Source: Longimicrobiales bacterium
Lineage (GTDB): Bacteria; Gemmatimonadota; Gemmatimonadetes; Longimicrobiales; Gaopeijiaceae
Length of the DNA stretch: 64,000 nt
Assembly: GCA_965197725.1 (NCBI GenBank)
Contig: CBDANQ010000061.1
Location: 192,001 to 256,000 of the forward strand
Direction of reading: 5' to 3'
Every line of letters starts with the position of its first letter. Positions within the stretch are counted from its first letter, which is position 1. Shown here piece by piece: positions 29,139-39,981 of this stretch. The position numbers and the translations under genes were made by a program. The notes beneath the pieces were generated by a model. That model ran no database searches. It saw nothing but the letters and a program-made list of their open reading frames with translations, and was not told where the DNA came from.

Positions 29139-30062
29139 TCAGGCGCCCTCTTGTAGTGGCGCAAGGTCCTCAGGCTCCCCGATGGAACCGCACGGGACTC
29201 CCTTCGCGTTGAGCCGATTCAAGCCACGCAAGACGGAGCCGGGTCCGACCTCGAGGAAGCGGTCCGCACCCGCTTCGACCATCGCAGCCACCGAGGCGCT
29301 CCACCGCACCGGCAACGTGAGTTGCTCGACCAGCAGCTTCCGTGCCTCGGCGCCGCTCGTGACCGGCCTCGCCGTGACGTTGGAGAACACTGGGTATGCC
29401 GGATCCTGAAAGTCGATCGATTCGAGCTTGTCTCTCAGGCCGTCCGCGGCGGGCTCCATGAGCGAAGAATGGAACGCCCCGGACACGTTCAAGAGCACAA
29501 CCCTCCTCGCACCAGCCGCCAGCGCGCGCTCCATCCCCTGCTTCACGCCGGCGACGTCGCCGCTGATGACGACCTGACCGCTCGCGTTGAAGTTGGCGGG
29601 CACGCAGACACCGACATCGACCGCCGCACACAGCGCCTCGATCTCGTCGTCACTCAGACCGAGCACCGCGGCCATGGTTCCCGGCCGTTCCTGGCCCGCT
29701 CGGAACATCAGCTCACCTCTGAGACGAACCGCATCAAGCGCGTCTGTGTACCTGAGCGTACCTGCAGCCACGTGCGCGCTGAACTCGCCCAACGAGTGCC
29801 CGGCGGCGAAAGCTACGGGACCGAGCTCGTCTGCGACGACCCGCAGCACGGCCACCGAGTGGGCGAGGATCGCCGGCTGAGCGTTCTTGGTTGCGGTGAG
29901 CTCATCCTCGGGGCCCTCCGCCATGAGACCGGAGAGTGAGAAGCCCAGGACCTCGTCTGCCGTGGCAAACACGGCGTCGGCCCTGGCATCTGAAAGGGCG
30001 AGCGCACGGCCCATACCCACCGCCTGTGAGCCCTGCCCGGGGAAGATCAGTGCGAGAGACAC
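29139..30062 (-). CDS. fabD: Malonyl-CoA:ACP transacylase
   Basis: FPGQGSQ, GHSLGEF, VSGAFHS. Confidence 0.93.
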   Translation of the reverse strand: MSLALIFPGQGSQAVGMGRALALSDARADAVFATADEVLGFSLSGLMAEGPEDELTATKNAQPAILAHSVAVLRVVADELGPVAFAAGHSLGEFSAHVAAGTLRYTDALDAVRLRGELMFRAGQERPGTMAAVLGLSDDEIEALCAAVDVGVCVPANFNASGQVVISGDVAGVKQGMERALAAGARRVVLLNVSGAFHSSLMEPAADGLRDKLESIDFQDPAYPVFSNVTARPVTSGAEARKLLVEQLTLPVRWSASVAAMVEAGADRFLEVGPGSVLRGLNRLNAKGVPCGSIGEPEDLAPLQEGA

Positions 30063-30078
30063 GTTCGGCCCCTTTCCG

Positions 30079-31074
30079 CTACCAGCGGAGCGCCATCGCG
30101 CCCCATGTGAAGCCCGCGCCAAATGCGACGAGGAGCACGTTGGAGCCCGGTGCGACGAGCCCCTTCTCCACTGCTTCATCGACCGCGATGGGGACCGTCG
30201 CGGAGCTCATGTTCCCGTATCGGTCGACGTTGACGTAGACCCGGTCCATCGGGACGCCGGCGTGTTTGGCGGTTGACTCGATGATCCTCATGTTCGCCTG
30301 GTGCGGGATGAGAATATCGACGTCGTCCGAAGTCAGGCCCGCGGTTTGCAGCGCGTGATCGCACGCCTCAGCCATGTTTCGAACAGCATGCTTGAAGACC
30401 TCCCGGCCCTTCATGCGAACCAGGTGGCTCTTGTCGTCGAGCACGGCTTGACTCATTGGGTGCAAAGCTCCACCGGCCGGTCGATACAACAGCTCGCCGA
30501 GATTCCCGTCCGACCGGAGGTGGCTCGACAGGATTCCACGCCCCGAGGCGTTGGCGGGGCGAACGACAGCCGCTCCACCGCCGTCGCCGAAGAGCACGCA
30601 GGTGGAGCGGTCCTCCCAATCGACGATCGAGCTCATCTTCTCGGCAGAGACGACGAGAGCCACTTCCCCTCGACCAGCGGTCAGGTACCCCTCTGCCAGG
30701 GTCAGGCCGTATATGAAACCCGTACAGGCCGCCACCAGGTCGAAGGCCACCGCGTTGCTGCACCCGAGCTGGGCCTGAATGTCACACGCGGTCGACGGCA
30801 GAAACCGGTCCGGCGTCGATGTGGCAACGATGAGCACGTCGACCTCGCCCGGCTCGACGCCGGCGCTTCGCATCGCGTGCCTAGCGGCGCCGGTTCCCAT
30901 ATCGGCGGCACCCATGTCGTCCGGCGCGATGCGACGCTCCCGGATCCCGGTGCGAGTGCGGATCCACTCGTCCGAGGTATCGAGCGTTTTGGCGAGGTCC
31001 TCGTTGGTCACGACCTTGTCCGGAAGGAACCGGCCGGTGCCCGCGATCTCGACCAGCGGTTTCGGCTTTCTCAT
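30079..31074 (-). CDS. fabH: 3-oxoacyl-ACP synthase III
   Basis: AACTGF, PHQAN, YGNMS, FGAGFTWG. Confidence 0.93.
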   Translation of the reverse strand: MRKPKPLVEIAGTGRFLPDKVVTNEDLAKTLDTSDEWIRTRTGIRERRIAPDDMGAADMGTGAARHAMRSAGVEPGEVDVLIVATSTPDRFLPSTACDIQAQLGCSNAVAFDLVAACTGFIYGLTLAEGYLTAGRGEVALVVSAEKMSSIVDWEDRSTCVLFGDGGGAAVVRPANASGRGILSSHLRSDGNLGELLYRPAGGALHPMSQAVLDDKSHLVRMKGREVFKHAVRNMAEACDHALQTAGLTSDDVDILIPHQANMRIIESTAKHAGVPMDRVYVNVDRYGNMSSATVPIAVDEAVEKGLVAPGSNVLLVAFGAGFTWGAMALRW

Positions 31075-32075
31075 GACGCCTCCATCGAGGAGGGTCCAAG
31101 CGCCAGGGCGACCTCCTGAGCACTGTGCCTGACCATGTCCGAGCGGACCGCCTTCGCGGCTAGCGCGAGCGCGTTACGGATAGCCTTCGGAGTCGACTTT
31201 CCGTGGCAGATCACCGAGACGCCTCCGACACCCAGGAGGGGTGCTCCCCCTGTCTCCGCGTAGTCGAGAACCCGGAACGTGCGATCGAGGTCGAGGCCGT
31301 CCTCGGCCTTCCCTTTTCGCTCCGCCTCGACCAGACCGATGATGAACTGCGCGACCGACTCATAGAACTTCAAGAGTACGTTCCCCACGAAACCGTCGCA
31401 CACCACCACGTCACAGACACCGTTGATGATGTCCCGCCCCTCGACGTTGCCCACGAAGTTGAGCCCCGCCTCTCGGCTCAAGAGTCGATGGGTTTCAGAC
31501 GTGAGCTCGTCACCCTTGCCCGGCTCCTCTCCGATGTTCAGCAGCGCGATTCTCGGGTCCGACCGTCCCATCATGTCCTGGGCGTAGATGTTGCCGAGAT
31601 GAGCGAACTGGACGAGGTGGTGGGGCTTGCAGTCGACGTTCGCACCCGCGTCGAGCAGGAGAACTGGGGCGCCGGATGACGGCAACGTCGTCGCGACCGA
31701 AGGACGATCCACGCCGGGCAGTGGACGCAGCGTGAAGAGCGACGTCGCCATGATCGCTCCGGTGGAGCCGGCGCTGACGAAGGCATGCCCCGCGCCGTCC
31801 CCGTGGAGCTTGAGCCCCACCACCAGCGAAGAATCGGGATTGCGGCGGATCACTTTCGAAGGCGACTCCTCCGGCGTGACCCGGTTCGGCGCGTGGTGGA
31901 TCGATAGCCGATCGGGAATCTCGTCGTGCTGTCGGAACTCCGCCTCGATCGTCTCCCGATCGCCCACGAGAACGATCTCGACGTCGGAGTCGAGTTCCTT
32001 CAATGCCTCGAGTGCCCCCGCCACTTCAGACCGCGGGGCGTGATCGGTGCCCATGGCATCGAGGATGATCCGCAT
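31071..32075 (-). CDS. plsX: Phosphate acyltransferase
   Basis: LDAMGTDHAP, SAGSTGA, DGFVGN, GGAPLLG, CHGKS. Confidence 0.93.
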   Translation of the reverse strand: MRIILDAMGTDHAPRSEVAGALEALKELDSDVEIVLVGDRETIEAEFRQHDEIPDRLSIHHAPNRVTPEESPSKVIRRNPDSSLVVGLKLHGDGAGHAFVSAGSTGAIMATSLFTLRPLPGVDRPSVATTLPSSGAPVLLLDAGANVDCKPHHLVQFAHLGNIYAQDMMGRSDPRIALLNIGEEPGKGDELTSETHRLLSREAGLNFVGNVEGRDIINGVCDVVVCDGFVGNVLLKFYESVAQFIIGLVEAERKGKAEDGLDLDRTFRVLDYAETGGAPLLGVGGVSVICHGKSTPKAIRNALALAAKAVRSDMVRHSAQEVALALGPSSMEAS

Positions 32076-32120
32076 GGGCTCTAGGACCGGAACCGCGACA
32101 TCGCTCGGGAGACCCCCGAC

Positions 32121-32303
32121 CTAGTCGCTCTCGACTTCGAGAACCAGCTCCCCCCGATAATGTCCACAGTTGGGGCACACCCGATGCGGGACCTTGGGGT
32201 CACCACAGTTCGGGCAATCGTGGACGGTCACACCGTCGGCTTTGTAATGGGTGCGACGCTTCCGCTTGCGCTGTTTCGAGATCCGCTTTTTTGGAACGGC
32301 CAT
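32121..32303 (-). CDS. rpmF: 50S ribosomal protein L32 (zinc-binding type)
   Basis: [15 protein letters not shown]...HRVCPNCG. Confidence 0.95.
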   Translation of the reverse strand: MAVPKKRISKQRKRKRRTHYKADGVTVHDCPNCGDPKVPHRVCPNCGHYRGELVLEVESD

Positions 32304-32310
32304 TACCGAT

Positions 32311-32820
32311 TCACTTGTTCTTGAGCGCCCTGAGCGCCTCCCACCTGGGGTCGGCCTCCTCCACCGTGCACGTGCACGAATCGGTATTCCGATTCACGCC
32401 GCACGTCGGACACAGACCTCGGCAATCAGGATCACAAACGACGTATTGATCGACCGCGAGGATCAGCTCCTCGCGCACCGCGTTGCTCATATCAAACTCA
32501 GCACCCAGATCGAACACGTGAGTGCCGTCGTCTTCTTCGAACCCCGGAGCGTCCGAGGATACGAAAACCAATGTTACAGCGTGTTCGAGACTGCTCTGCA
32601 CGGGCTCGAGGCAGCGCCTGCACGCCCGCGCCAACGCTCCCTCGATGACACCTCGCACCACCACCTGTCCGGTGCCTGCATGCGAAGCCTTGAGCCGTAT
32701 ATCGACCGGGCCAGCCCACCCGATGCCGCTCTCATCCCAGAGTGGTGCAGTGGCAGGAAGTCGAGCCTCGACCAGGACGTAGTCCTCGCGTCCCAGGCGA
32801 CCGAGATCGAGACTTAGCAT
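32311..32820 (-). CDS. YceD/DUF177 family protein
   Basis: [25 protein letters not shown]; canonical position upstream of rpmF. Confidence 0.9.
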   Translation of the reverse strand: MLSLDLGRLGREDYVLVEARLPATAPLWDESGIGWAGPVDIRLKASHAGTGQVVVRGVIEGALARACRRCLEPVQSSLEHAVTLVFVSSDAPGFEEDDGTHVFDLGAEFDMSNAVREELILAVDQYVVCDPDCRGLCPTCGVNRNTDSCTCTVEEADPRWEALRALKNK

Positions 32821-32858
32821 AACCCTGAAAGCTAGCCAGGGGCTGGGAGTTGTCCAGG

Positions 32859-33281
32859 CTACCCGAGGCCGAGTCGCTCGTGCCCGGAGAAGAAGAAAGC
32901 GATCTCGTTGGCGGCGTTCTCCTCGGAGTCGGAGGCGTGGATGGCGTTCCTGCCCCTCGACTCGGCGAAGAGCTTGCGCACCGTGCCCTCCGCGGCTTCG
33001 GCCGGGTCGGTGGCGCCAATCTCGTCGCGTAGCTTTGCCACCGCGTCGTCCGCCTCAAGCACCATCGGAATCACTGGGCCCGAGGTCATGAACTCGACCA
33101 GTTCATCATAGAATGGTTGCCCCGCGTGAACGGCATAGAACGCACCCGCCTGGCCCCGGCCGAGCACGGTGAGCTTCAAGGAGGTCACCGCAAAGCCCGC
33201 GTTCTCCAGGTGCGCAAGAATCTTCCCAGCCTTCCCGGCATCGATGGCATCTGGTTTGATGATCGCCAGAGTTTGGCTCAT
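32859..33281 (-). CDS. ndk: Nucleoside diphosphate kinase
   Basis: TLAIIKPDA, FMTSGP, GATDP, NAIHASDS. Confidence 0.94.
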   Translation of the reverse strand: MSQTLAIIKPDAIDAGKAGKILAHLENAGFAVTSLKLTVLGRGQAGAFYAVHAGQPFYDELVEFMTSGPVIPMVLEADDAVAKLRDEIGATDPAEAAEGTVRKLFAESRGRNAIHASDSEENAANEIAFFFSGHERLGLG

Positions 33282-33292
33282 GAGTCGGTTTC

Positions 33293-33715
33293 TTATTCGC
33301 TGTTCATTCGAATGATACCCTCGTGGAGGGTGCGCAGAATCGTGTCGCGCGTGACAAAGCCGATGAACTCTCCGTCGCGCACCACCGGGAGTTGCTCGAC
33401 GTCCCGGTTCACGATCGTATTGGCTGCCTCGACCAGCGGCTGGTCCTCCGACACGCAAAGCACAGCACGCGTCATCACATCCCTGGCGAGCAACTCCTCC
33501 CGGTCGGGCGCGACCGGGCGCTCGTTCAGCACGCGGTCCAGCGCGTCGCCCGAGGTGATGATCCCCAACACCTCGTACTGTTCACCGACGACGGGCACCG
33601 CGCGCACTTCACGCCGGACCATCAAGTCCACCACTTCAGCGAGCGGAGTATCCGGACAGACCCGGTACTGCGCCCGCTTCAGGGCATCTTCGACTAGCAG
33701 TGGTTGGTCTTCCAT
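33293..33715 (-). CDS. CBS-pair domain protein (possibly N-terminally truncated)
   Basis: Two CBS motifs (AVPVV..VLGIIT; QLPVV..FIGFVTRD). Confidence 0.75.
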   Translation of the reverse strand: MEDQPLLVEDALKRAQYRVCPDTPLAEVVDLMVRREVRAVPVVGEQYEVLGIITSGDALDRVLNERPVAPDREELLARDVMTRAVLCVSEDQPLVEAANTIVNRDVEQLPVVRDGEFIGFVTRDTILRTLHEGIIRMNSE

Positions 33716-33738
33716 GGCATCCCTGAGGCTGCGTGGGC

Positions 33739-33763
33739 CTAGTGTCCTGTCCCAGGACACTAG
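33739..33763. repeat. Perfect 11-bp inverted repeat bounded by CTAG
   Basis: CTAGTGTCCTG-tcc-CAGGACACTAG, overlapping the sucD stop codon. Confidence 0.8.
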
Positions 33764-34644
33764 TTCAGCGCGTCCTGGATCAACCCCACGAGGTCCGCAG
33801 GACGCTTTGCCACCGCGATCCCGTTTTCCTCGAAGGCCTTCATCTTCTCCTCCGCCGTGCCGGCCGAGCCGCTGATGATCGCACCGGCATGTCCCATTCG
33901 GCGTCCCGGGGGGGCCGTCTGGCCGGCGATGAATCCTACCACCGGCTTGCACATGTTGGCGCTGACATACGATGCAGCTTCCTGTTCGTCGGTGCCACCG
34001 ATCTCCCCGAGCATGACTACTCCCGTGGTTTCGGGGTCGGCCTCGAACGCCTCGAGGCAGTCGATGAAGTTCGTCCCGATGAGCGGATCTCCGCCGATAC
34101 CCACACAGGTTGTCTGCCCCAGGCCCACGCTGGTGAGCTGGAAGACCGCCTCGTAGGTGAGCGTGCCGGATCGCGAGACGAGCCCGATCGGTCCCTCGGT
34201 GACGATCTGGCCGGGCAGGATGCCGACTTTCGACTGCCCGGGGGAGATCAGCCCAGGACAGTTCGGGCCGAGCACACGCACCCCCTTGTCGCGCGCGAAT
34301 GCATGCGCTCTCGCCATATCGAGCACGGGCACGCCCTCGGTGATCGCGACGACGAGCGCGACGCCCGAATCGGCCGCTTCCAGGATCGCGCCCGCCGCGA
34401 ACGCCGGGGGCACGTAGATCACCGAGGTGTTGGCGCCGGTCTGGGCGACCGCTTCGTCCATGGCGTTGAAGATCGGCACCGTCTCGCCGTCTGGGCCCTC
34501 GAAGGTCTGGCCACCTTTACCCGGGGTTACGCCGGCGACGACCTCGGTGCCGTACTCCATCATTTGCAGCGTGTGGAAGGAGCCGTCCCGCCCGGTGATC
34601 CCTTGTACCACGAGCTTGGTGTCGTTGTCGATGAAGATCGACAT
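33760..34644 (-). CDS. sucD: Succinyl-CoA synthetase alpha subunit
   Basis: QGITG, GPNCPG, SRSGTL, RMGHAGA. Confidence 0.95.
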   Translation of the reverse strand: MSIFIDNDTKLVVQGITGRDGSFHTLQMMEYGTEVVAGVTPGKGGQTFEGPDGETVPIFNAMDEAVAQTGANTSVIYVPPAFAAGAILEAADSGVALVVAITEGVPVLDMARAHAFARDKGVRVLGPNCPGLISPGQSKVGILPGQIVTEGPIGLVSRSGTLTYEAVFQLTSVGLGQTTCVGIGGDPLIGTNFIDCLEAFEADPETTGVVMLGEIGGTDEQEAASYVSANMCKPVVGFIAGQTAPPGRRMGHAGAIISGSAGTAEEKMKAFEENGIAVAKRPADLVGLIQDALN

Positions 34645-34647
34645 GGC

Positions 34648-35787
34648 TTACGCGCCGCCCGCTGCCAGCTCGACCGCTTTCTCTACGACCGCGTCCATCG
34701 ACGTATAGGCGGAGAAACCCGCTTCCTCGAGGATCTCGAGCGCCAACTCTTCGTTGGTGCCGGTGAGACGGATCACGATCGGGGGCTTGACGTCGATGCA
34801 CCCGGTCGCCTCTACAATGCCCCTCGCAACGTCATCGCACCGGGTAATGCCGCCGAAAATGTTGAAGAGGATCGCCTTCACGTTCGCATCCGATGTGATG
34901 ATCTCCAGCGCGGCGACGACTTTGTCGGGGTTGGACGAGCCTCCGATGTCCAGGAAGTTCGCAGGCTCGCCGCCGTAGTACTTCACCAGGTCCATCGTCG
35001 CCATCGCCAGTCCTGCCCCGTTGACGCAGCACCCGACATCCCCGTCGAGCTTCACGTACGAGAGGTCCGCCTCACGTGCCTTGATCTCCGACGCCGGTTC
35101 GGACGACATGTCCCGCATCGCTTCGACGTCGGGACGACGAAACAGCTCCGAGTCGTCGATGCTCATCTTGGCGTCGATCGCCTTGACCTCACCGGCAGAC
35201 GTCGTGATGAGTGGGTTAATCTCGGCCATCGAGGCTCCCGAACTCACGAACGCGTCGTAGAGCTGCGCGATGATCTTACTCGCCTGCTTGATCAAGCTGG
35301 GATCGTCGTACAGGAAATTGGCAAGCCAAAACGCTTGGTGAGGGAGGATCCCATAGCGGGGATCAACCGTCAGCTTCCGAATCAGCTCAGGCGTCTCGGC
35401 GGCAACATGCTCGATGTCCACGCCGCCTTCGGCGGAGACCATGAACGTCGCCGCTTGTTTCTTGCGGTCTACGAGCACGCCGACGTACGCCTCGGTGTCG
35501 ATATTCTCGGCGGGCGACACCAGCACCTTTTCTACGGTGAGGCCCTTGATCTCCATTCCAAGGATAGCCGTGGCGTGTTCCTTCGCCTCGGCCGCGTCCT
35601 TGGCGAGCTTCACGCCGCCGGCCTTGCCCCGGCCGCCCGAGTGTACCTGCGCCTTCACCACGACCGTGCCGCCGTACTTGGCCGCGATCACTTTGGCCTC
35701 CTCGGGGGTCGTGGCGATCTCGCCCGGCGGAACCGCGATGCCAGCCGCGCGGAAGCGCTCCTTGGCCTGATATTCGTGGATGTCCAT
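34648..35787 (-). CDS. sucC: Succinyl-CoA synthetase beta subunit
   Basis: MDIHEYQAK, GGRGKAGG, NGAGLAMATMD, NIFGGITRCD. Confidence 0.95.
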   Translation of the reverse strand: MDIHEYQAKERFRAAGIAVPPGEIATTPEEAKVIAAKYGGTVVVKAQVHSGGRGKAGGVKLAKDAAEAKEHATAILGMEIKGLTVEKVLVSPAENIDTEAYVGVLVDRKKQAATFMVSAEGGVDIEHVAAETPELIRKLTVDPRYGILPHQAFWLANFLYDDPSLIKQASKIIAQLYDAFVSSGASMAEINPLITTSAGEVKAIDAKMSIDDSELFRRPDVEAMRDMSSEPASEIKAREADLSYVKLDGDVGCCVNGAGLAMATMDLVKYYGGEPANFLDIGGSSNPDKVVAALEIITSDANVKAILFNIFGGITRCDDVARGIVEATGCIDVKPPIVIRLTGTNEELALEILEEAGFSAYTSMDAVVEKAVELAAGGA

Positions 35788-35819
35788 AATGATTTGAAAA
35801 GGAGGAAACCTAGAAGCTA

Positions 35820-38591
35820 TTAGAAGGTCCCGCCCGACCCCAGGCGCTGAAGCAACGCGCGTAGCTCGTTCAATGCCTCGCCGTAAGCCTGCCAGTCCCC
35901 TGCCCGGGCGCTGCCCTCCGCCCGCTCGAGAAGAGCTAGTGCGGTCGAGGACCAAACCACCTCGCCGCCAGCCCGCGCGTCGAGCGTCGGCACCGCCGTA
36001 TCCGTGCCGGGCGCCGGCACGGTGAGGCCGGCGAGCTCGCTGATCGCGCCGGCCAAGTCCTCGGTCATCGCTACGCGGACACCGTCACTGACCACGAATC
36101 GTCTGAGCTCCGGAATCGCGTCCGCCTCGGCGGCGAGGAAGACGGGCTCCATGTACAGGATCCGGTTCCCCGCCGAAACGAGGTGAAGGTGTCCCGTCCA
36201 GACCTCGCTTCCCCCCGTTCGCCAAAGTGAGAACTGCTGCGAAATCTGCGGATCCTGTTCGACCAGGGCCTCGATCTGACGGGGCCCGGGCACCTGGTCC
36301 GTTACCGGCACATCGTAGAGGATCAACTCGGGCACCCCACGCTCATCCGTGCGAGCGGCGAGGATCGCGGTGAGGTTCTGTCGGTCCCTCGGTACGAACA
36401 CCGTCGTCAAGTGGAAGCGTGCCTCACTTTCGCCCGGCAGCGCGTAGAGGCCGAACTCGGGCTGGTATGCGACCGGGGACGGGCCCTCTGCGAGCTCCTG
36501 CGGGGAATCCCAGACATCCTGCTGGCCGTGGAACGCCGGCGCCGTCTCCTGGTGGTACTGGAGGAGAACACGACTCTGCAGGTCCAGCATGGCTCTGGAA
36601 TAGCGGACGTGGGCCCGGACCTCGTCCGGCATCTCTTCCAGAGGCTGAAGTAACCCGGGAAACGCACGCTCGTACGCGTCGAGTAGTGGGTCGTCGATCG
36701 GTACGCGGTAGAAGTCCACCTCGCCGGTTACCGCGTCCACGGTGACCTTCACCGAGTTGCGTGCGTACCTCACCCGCGATCGGATCGTGCCGAATTGCTG
36801 CACCGTCGAGAGCGGGAAGGCACCGGTCGCGGTGAAGCCCTCGAGAATCCACACGACCCGCCCGTCCACAACGACCGGGTAGGGTGTCTCCGGGAACCGG
36901 AAGAACGGTGCGATCGCGCGCACTCGCTCGGTGACTTGGCGTCGGTAGATGAAGCGACTGTCATCCGTGAGCTCGGACGAGAAGATGAGGTTCAGTTCGC
37001 CGAACCGCCAAGCGATCAGCGCGGTTCGCAGCCACCCGGCGAGCTCGATCCCAGCCGGAAAGTCCGTACCCGGTACGCCTGGCTCCCCGTTCGGGGCGAG
37101 GAACTGGCCGCTGCCGCCATCGACGACTGCATATTCCTGAGCCCGCGTCCCGAAGAACACCTCCGAGCGAGCGAGGCTGAGAGCGGGAACCGCCAGCGGG
37201 TCGGACGCCGACTCCGGCGGGATGCCCGAGACGAGCATCGGCGGGCGCCCCTCCGGAGTTTTCTGGCTCGCGAGGCTCGCGACCACGCCCATCCCTTCCA
37301 CATAGAGCTCGCGCAGATGCATGTTCTGCCAATTACGATCCTGAATCCCGCGCGGCTCAACCTCCCGAACCGACATCGCAACCGCTACCGGTCCGTCCGC
37401 GGTCTCGTAGCGGTCGATCGTGACGTCCCGAAAGTCGTAGTAGGGGTAGCGAGCCTCGAGCTCGCGGTAGGTCGCGAGCAACGGGCCCCTGTTCCAAACC
37501 GGCAACCCCGCGAACTGCCGTGCCGCGGTCGACCAATCGATCTCTTCGTCCTGCGCATACTCGAAGGGACGCCGCTCCATCTGGTCCAGAGCGAAGCCCA
37601 TTCGTGTGAATTCGAGATTGTTTTCGATGAACGGCGTCTCCCGCTCCAGTTCATTGGGCTCGACCCGCAGCGACTGGATCAGGCCGGGGTAGAGCTGCCC
37701 GATCATGAGCATCGCGAGCACCACCGCAATGAGCGCGCTCACGATCGCCGCGCCTCGGTTCTTCCAGGCTCCCCAGAACGCTGCCACACCCGAAACGACG
37801 CAGATAATCGTGAGCGTCTGCAGTGCCGGCAGCCTCGCCTCGGCGTCCGCGAACCCGAAAATCCCACGCACATCGGAGGTGCCGTCGAGGATGAGCTGGT
37901 ACCGGCTCAGCCAGAGCCGGGCGCCCAGCAGAATCAGGAACACCCCGAGAAGCGCTCCGAGGTGCAGGCGCGCAAGGTCCTGGGCTTCCACGCGGCCGCC
38001 GCCCCAGCGCAACGCTCCGGTGGCCGCGTATCCCGCCGTCGCGAGCGTGAATACGAGGAAGGCAACGACCAACGCATAGACGACGAGCTGCAGGAGCGCC
38101 GGGACCCAGAAGACGTAGAAGCCAACATCGTGGTTCAGCATCGGTTCGGCGATGCCCCACGCTTCCGCGTGGCGGATCAAAAGCATCTGCAAGCCCAAAT
38201 TCTGAGGTATGGATCCGCCGAACCAAAGCGCGAGCAGCGCCGAAGTACCTGCCATGCCCCAGAGCACGTAGCTCTTCGGCAACTGCTCCGAGATCTCGAG
38301 ATTCCCGAAACGACGTTTGATCTGAATGCCGCTCAGCGTCTCGGACACGATGCGCAAGTTCAGGAATACGAGGGCCCCAACCGCGATACCGGCCACGACT
38401 CGCACACTCGATTGCCACAGCACGCGTAGCCAGAACACGTCGCTGTACCCGCTCTGCGCATGCCAGAGGATCTCGACGTACATCGTGGACGCGAGCCGTC
38501 CAAGGCCCACTACGACGGCCACCACCACGGCAATCGTGACCAGGGCGCGTCCCCCTCGAAGGGTGGGCATCGGTGTGCCGTTGCTCGACAT
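35820..38591 (-). CDS. UPF0182 family membrane protein
   Basis: N-terminal TM helices, DVTIDRY, YARNSVKVTVDAVTG, PELRRFVV, GDWQAYGE. Confidence 0.85.
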   Translation of the reverse strand: MSSNGTPMPTLRGGRALVTIAVVVAVVVGLGRLASTMYVEILWHAQSGYSDVFWLRVLWQSSVRVVAGIAVGALVFLNLRIVSETLSGIQIKRRFGNLEISEQLPKSYVLWGMAGTSALLALWFGGSIPQNLGLQMLLIRHAEAWGIAEPMLNHDVGFYVFWVPALLQLVVYALVVAFLVFTLATAGYAATGALRWGGGRVEAQDLARLHLGALLGVFLILLGARLWLSRYQLILDGTSDVRGIFGFADAEARLPALQTLTIICVVSGVAAFWGAWKNRGAAIVSALIAVVLAMLMIGQLYPGLIQSLRVEPNELERETPFIENNLEFTRMGFALDQMERRPFEYAQDEEIDWSTAARQFAGLPVWNRGPLLATYRELEARYPYYDFRDVTIDRYETADGPVAVAMSVREVEPRGIQDRNWQNMHLRELYVEGMGVVASLASQKTPEGRPPMLVSGIPPESASDPLAVPALSLARSEVFFGTRAQEYAVVDGGSGQFLAPNGEPGVPGTDFPAGIELAGWLRTALIAWRFGELNLIFSSELTDDSRFIYRRQVTERVRAIAPFFRFPETPYPVVVDGRVVWILEGFTATGAFPLSTVQQFGTIRSRVRYARNSVKVTVDAVTGEVDFYRVPIDDPLLDAYERAFPGLLQPLEEMPDEVRAHVRYSRAMLDLQSRVLLQYHQETAPAFHGQQDVWDSPQELAEGPSPVAYQPEFGLYALPGESEARFHLTTVFVPRDRQNLTAILAARTDERGVPELILYDVPVTDQVPGPRQIEALVEQDPQISQQFSLWRTGGSEVWTGHLHLVSAGNRILYMEPVFLAAEADAIPELRRFVVSDGVRVAMTEDLAGAISELAGLTVPAPGTDTAVPTLDARAGGEVVWSSTALALLERAEGSARAGDWQAYGEALNELRALLQRLGSGGTF

Positions 38592-38604
38592 CGGCGCTTA
38601 CACG

Positions 38605-39978
38605 CTACGCGAACGGAACACCGTTCTCGGTGAGCCAGTCCGCGATGTGCGCCCGAATCTCCGCAAGACGCGGCTCGGTGCGCGCCTCGAAGCGCGCGAC
38701 GATGACCGGCTGCGTGTTGGAGGCCCGCAGGAGCGCCCATCCGTCTCCGAAGAGCACGCGCACGCCGTCGACCTCGATGATGTCATGTGTCGTCCTGAAG
38801 TGCGATACGGCGTCTGCTACCACGGCCCACTTCTGTTCCTCCGTCACGTCGATCCGAATTTCGGCCGTCGATACGTACACCGGAAAATCGGAAACCATCT
38901 CCGACAGGGACCTGCCGGATCGGCTCACGAGCTCGATGAGACGGCACGCGTCGTACGGCGCGTCGTCGAAGCCGAGGTAGTTGTCAGCGATCATGATATG
39001 CCCCGACAACTCACCCGCAACAAGTGCACCGGTCTCCTTCATCCGCTCCTTGATGAGCGAATGGCCTGTCTGCCACATGATCGGCTCTCCGCCGGCGGCC
39101 TCGAAAACCTCCGGGAGCGCCTGACTGCACTTCACGTCGAAAACGAGCTTCTGGCCGGGGCCGTGCTTGTCGAGCACATCGAGTCCGTACAGCAGCAGCA
39201 GCGTGTCCCCGCGAATGACGTCACCATTCTCGTCGACGGCCCCGATGCGGTCGGCGTCGCCATCGAAGGCCACCCCCATGTCGTGCGGCATGTCACGCAC
39301 CGCTCGGATGAGGTCCTCCAGGTTTGCGTCGACCGCCGGATCGGGATGGTGGTTGGGGAACGTCGGGTCGGAGTCGCAGAAGAGTGCAGTCACCTCGACA
39401 CCGATCGCCTCGAGCAACTGAACCGCGACCAGCGAGCCGGTCCCGTTGCCGCAGTCCACCGCGACCTTCATGGGACGTGCGAGCTGGAAGCGTCGTGCGA
39501 CATCCACCACGTACTGGTCAATGACGTCGAGTTGTTCCTCCGCGCCCTGTCCGGACTCGAAGTCGCCTTCCTTGATGCGCCGGAAGAGGTCCTGGATCGT
39601 ATCCCCGTACAGGGCCCCCCCGCCGAGCGTCATCTTGATGCCGTTCCACTCAGGCGGGTTGTGCGACCCCGTGACCTGTACCGCACCGTCGGTCTCGAGG
39701 GTCACCTCGGACCAGTAGAGAACGGGCGTCGGCACCGTACCCACATCGAGCACATGGCAGCCCGTGGAGAGCAGGCCGCGGATGAGACCTCCGACGAGCT
39801 CGGGAGACGTGAGCCGATTGTCGTGGCCTACCGCGACTCTCGGCGCCTCGAGCCCGGTCGCCACCCTCATGTGGGAGCCGAACGCTCGGCCCACCAGCTC
39901 CGTTACATCGGCATCGAAATCCTCTCCCACGATGCCGCGGATGTCATACTGCCGAAAGATCTGGTCCGAGAGAGCCAT
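38605..39978 (-). CDS. Phosphomannomutase/phosphoglucomutase
   Basis: FRQYDIRG, TGSHNP, FDGDADR, GELSGH, RASNT. Confidence 0.92.
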   Translation of the reverse strand: MALSDQIFRQYDIRGIVGEDFDADVTELVGRAFGSHMRVATGLEAPRVAVGHDNRLTSPELVGGLIRGLLSTGCHVLDVGTVPTPVLYWSEVTLETDGAVQVTGSHNPPEWNGIKMTLGGGALYGDTIQDLFRRIKEGDFESGQGAEEQLDVIDQYVVDVARRFQLARPMKVAVDCGNGTGSLVAVQLLEAIGVEVTALFCDSDPTFPNHHPDPAVDANLEDLIRAVRDMPHDMGVAFDGDADRIGAVDENGDVIRGDTLLLLYGLDVLDKHGPGQKLVFDVKCSQALPEVFEAAGGEPIMWQTGHSLIKERMKETGALVAGELSGHIMIADNYLGFDDAPYDACRLIELVSRSGRSLSEMVSDFPVYVSTAEIRIDVTEEQKWAVVADAVSHFRTTHDIIEVDGVRVLFGDGWALLRASNTQPVIVARFEARTEPRLAEIRAHIADWLTENGVPFA

Positions 39979-39981
39979 ATC

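Noticed and set aside
33733..35823. 696-aa plus-strand ORF and other long antisense ORFs (e.g. 12341-13630, 36795-38429, 38326-39993, 40192-41718)
   Set aside because: Shadow frames of well-supported opposite-strand genes in high-GC DNA, with no recognisable motifs.
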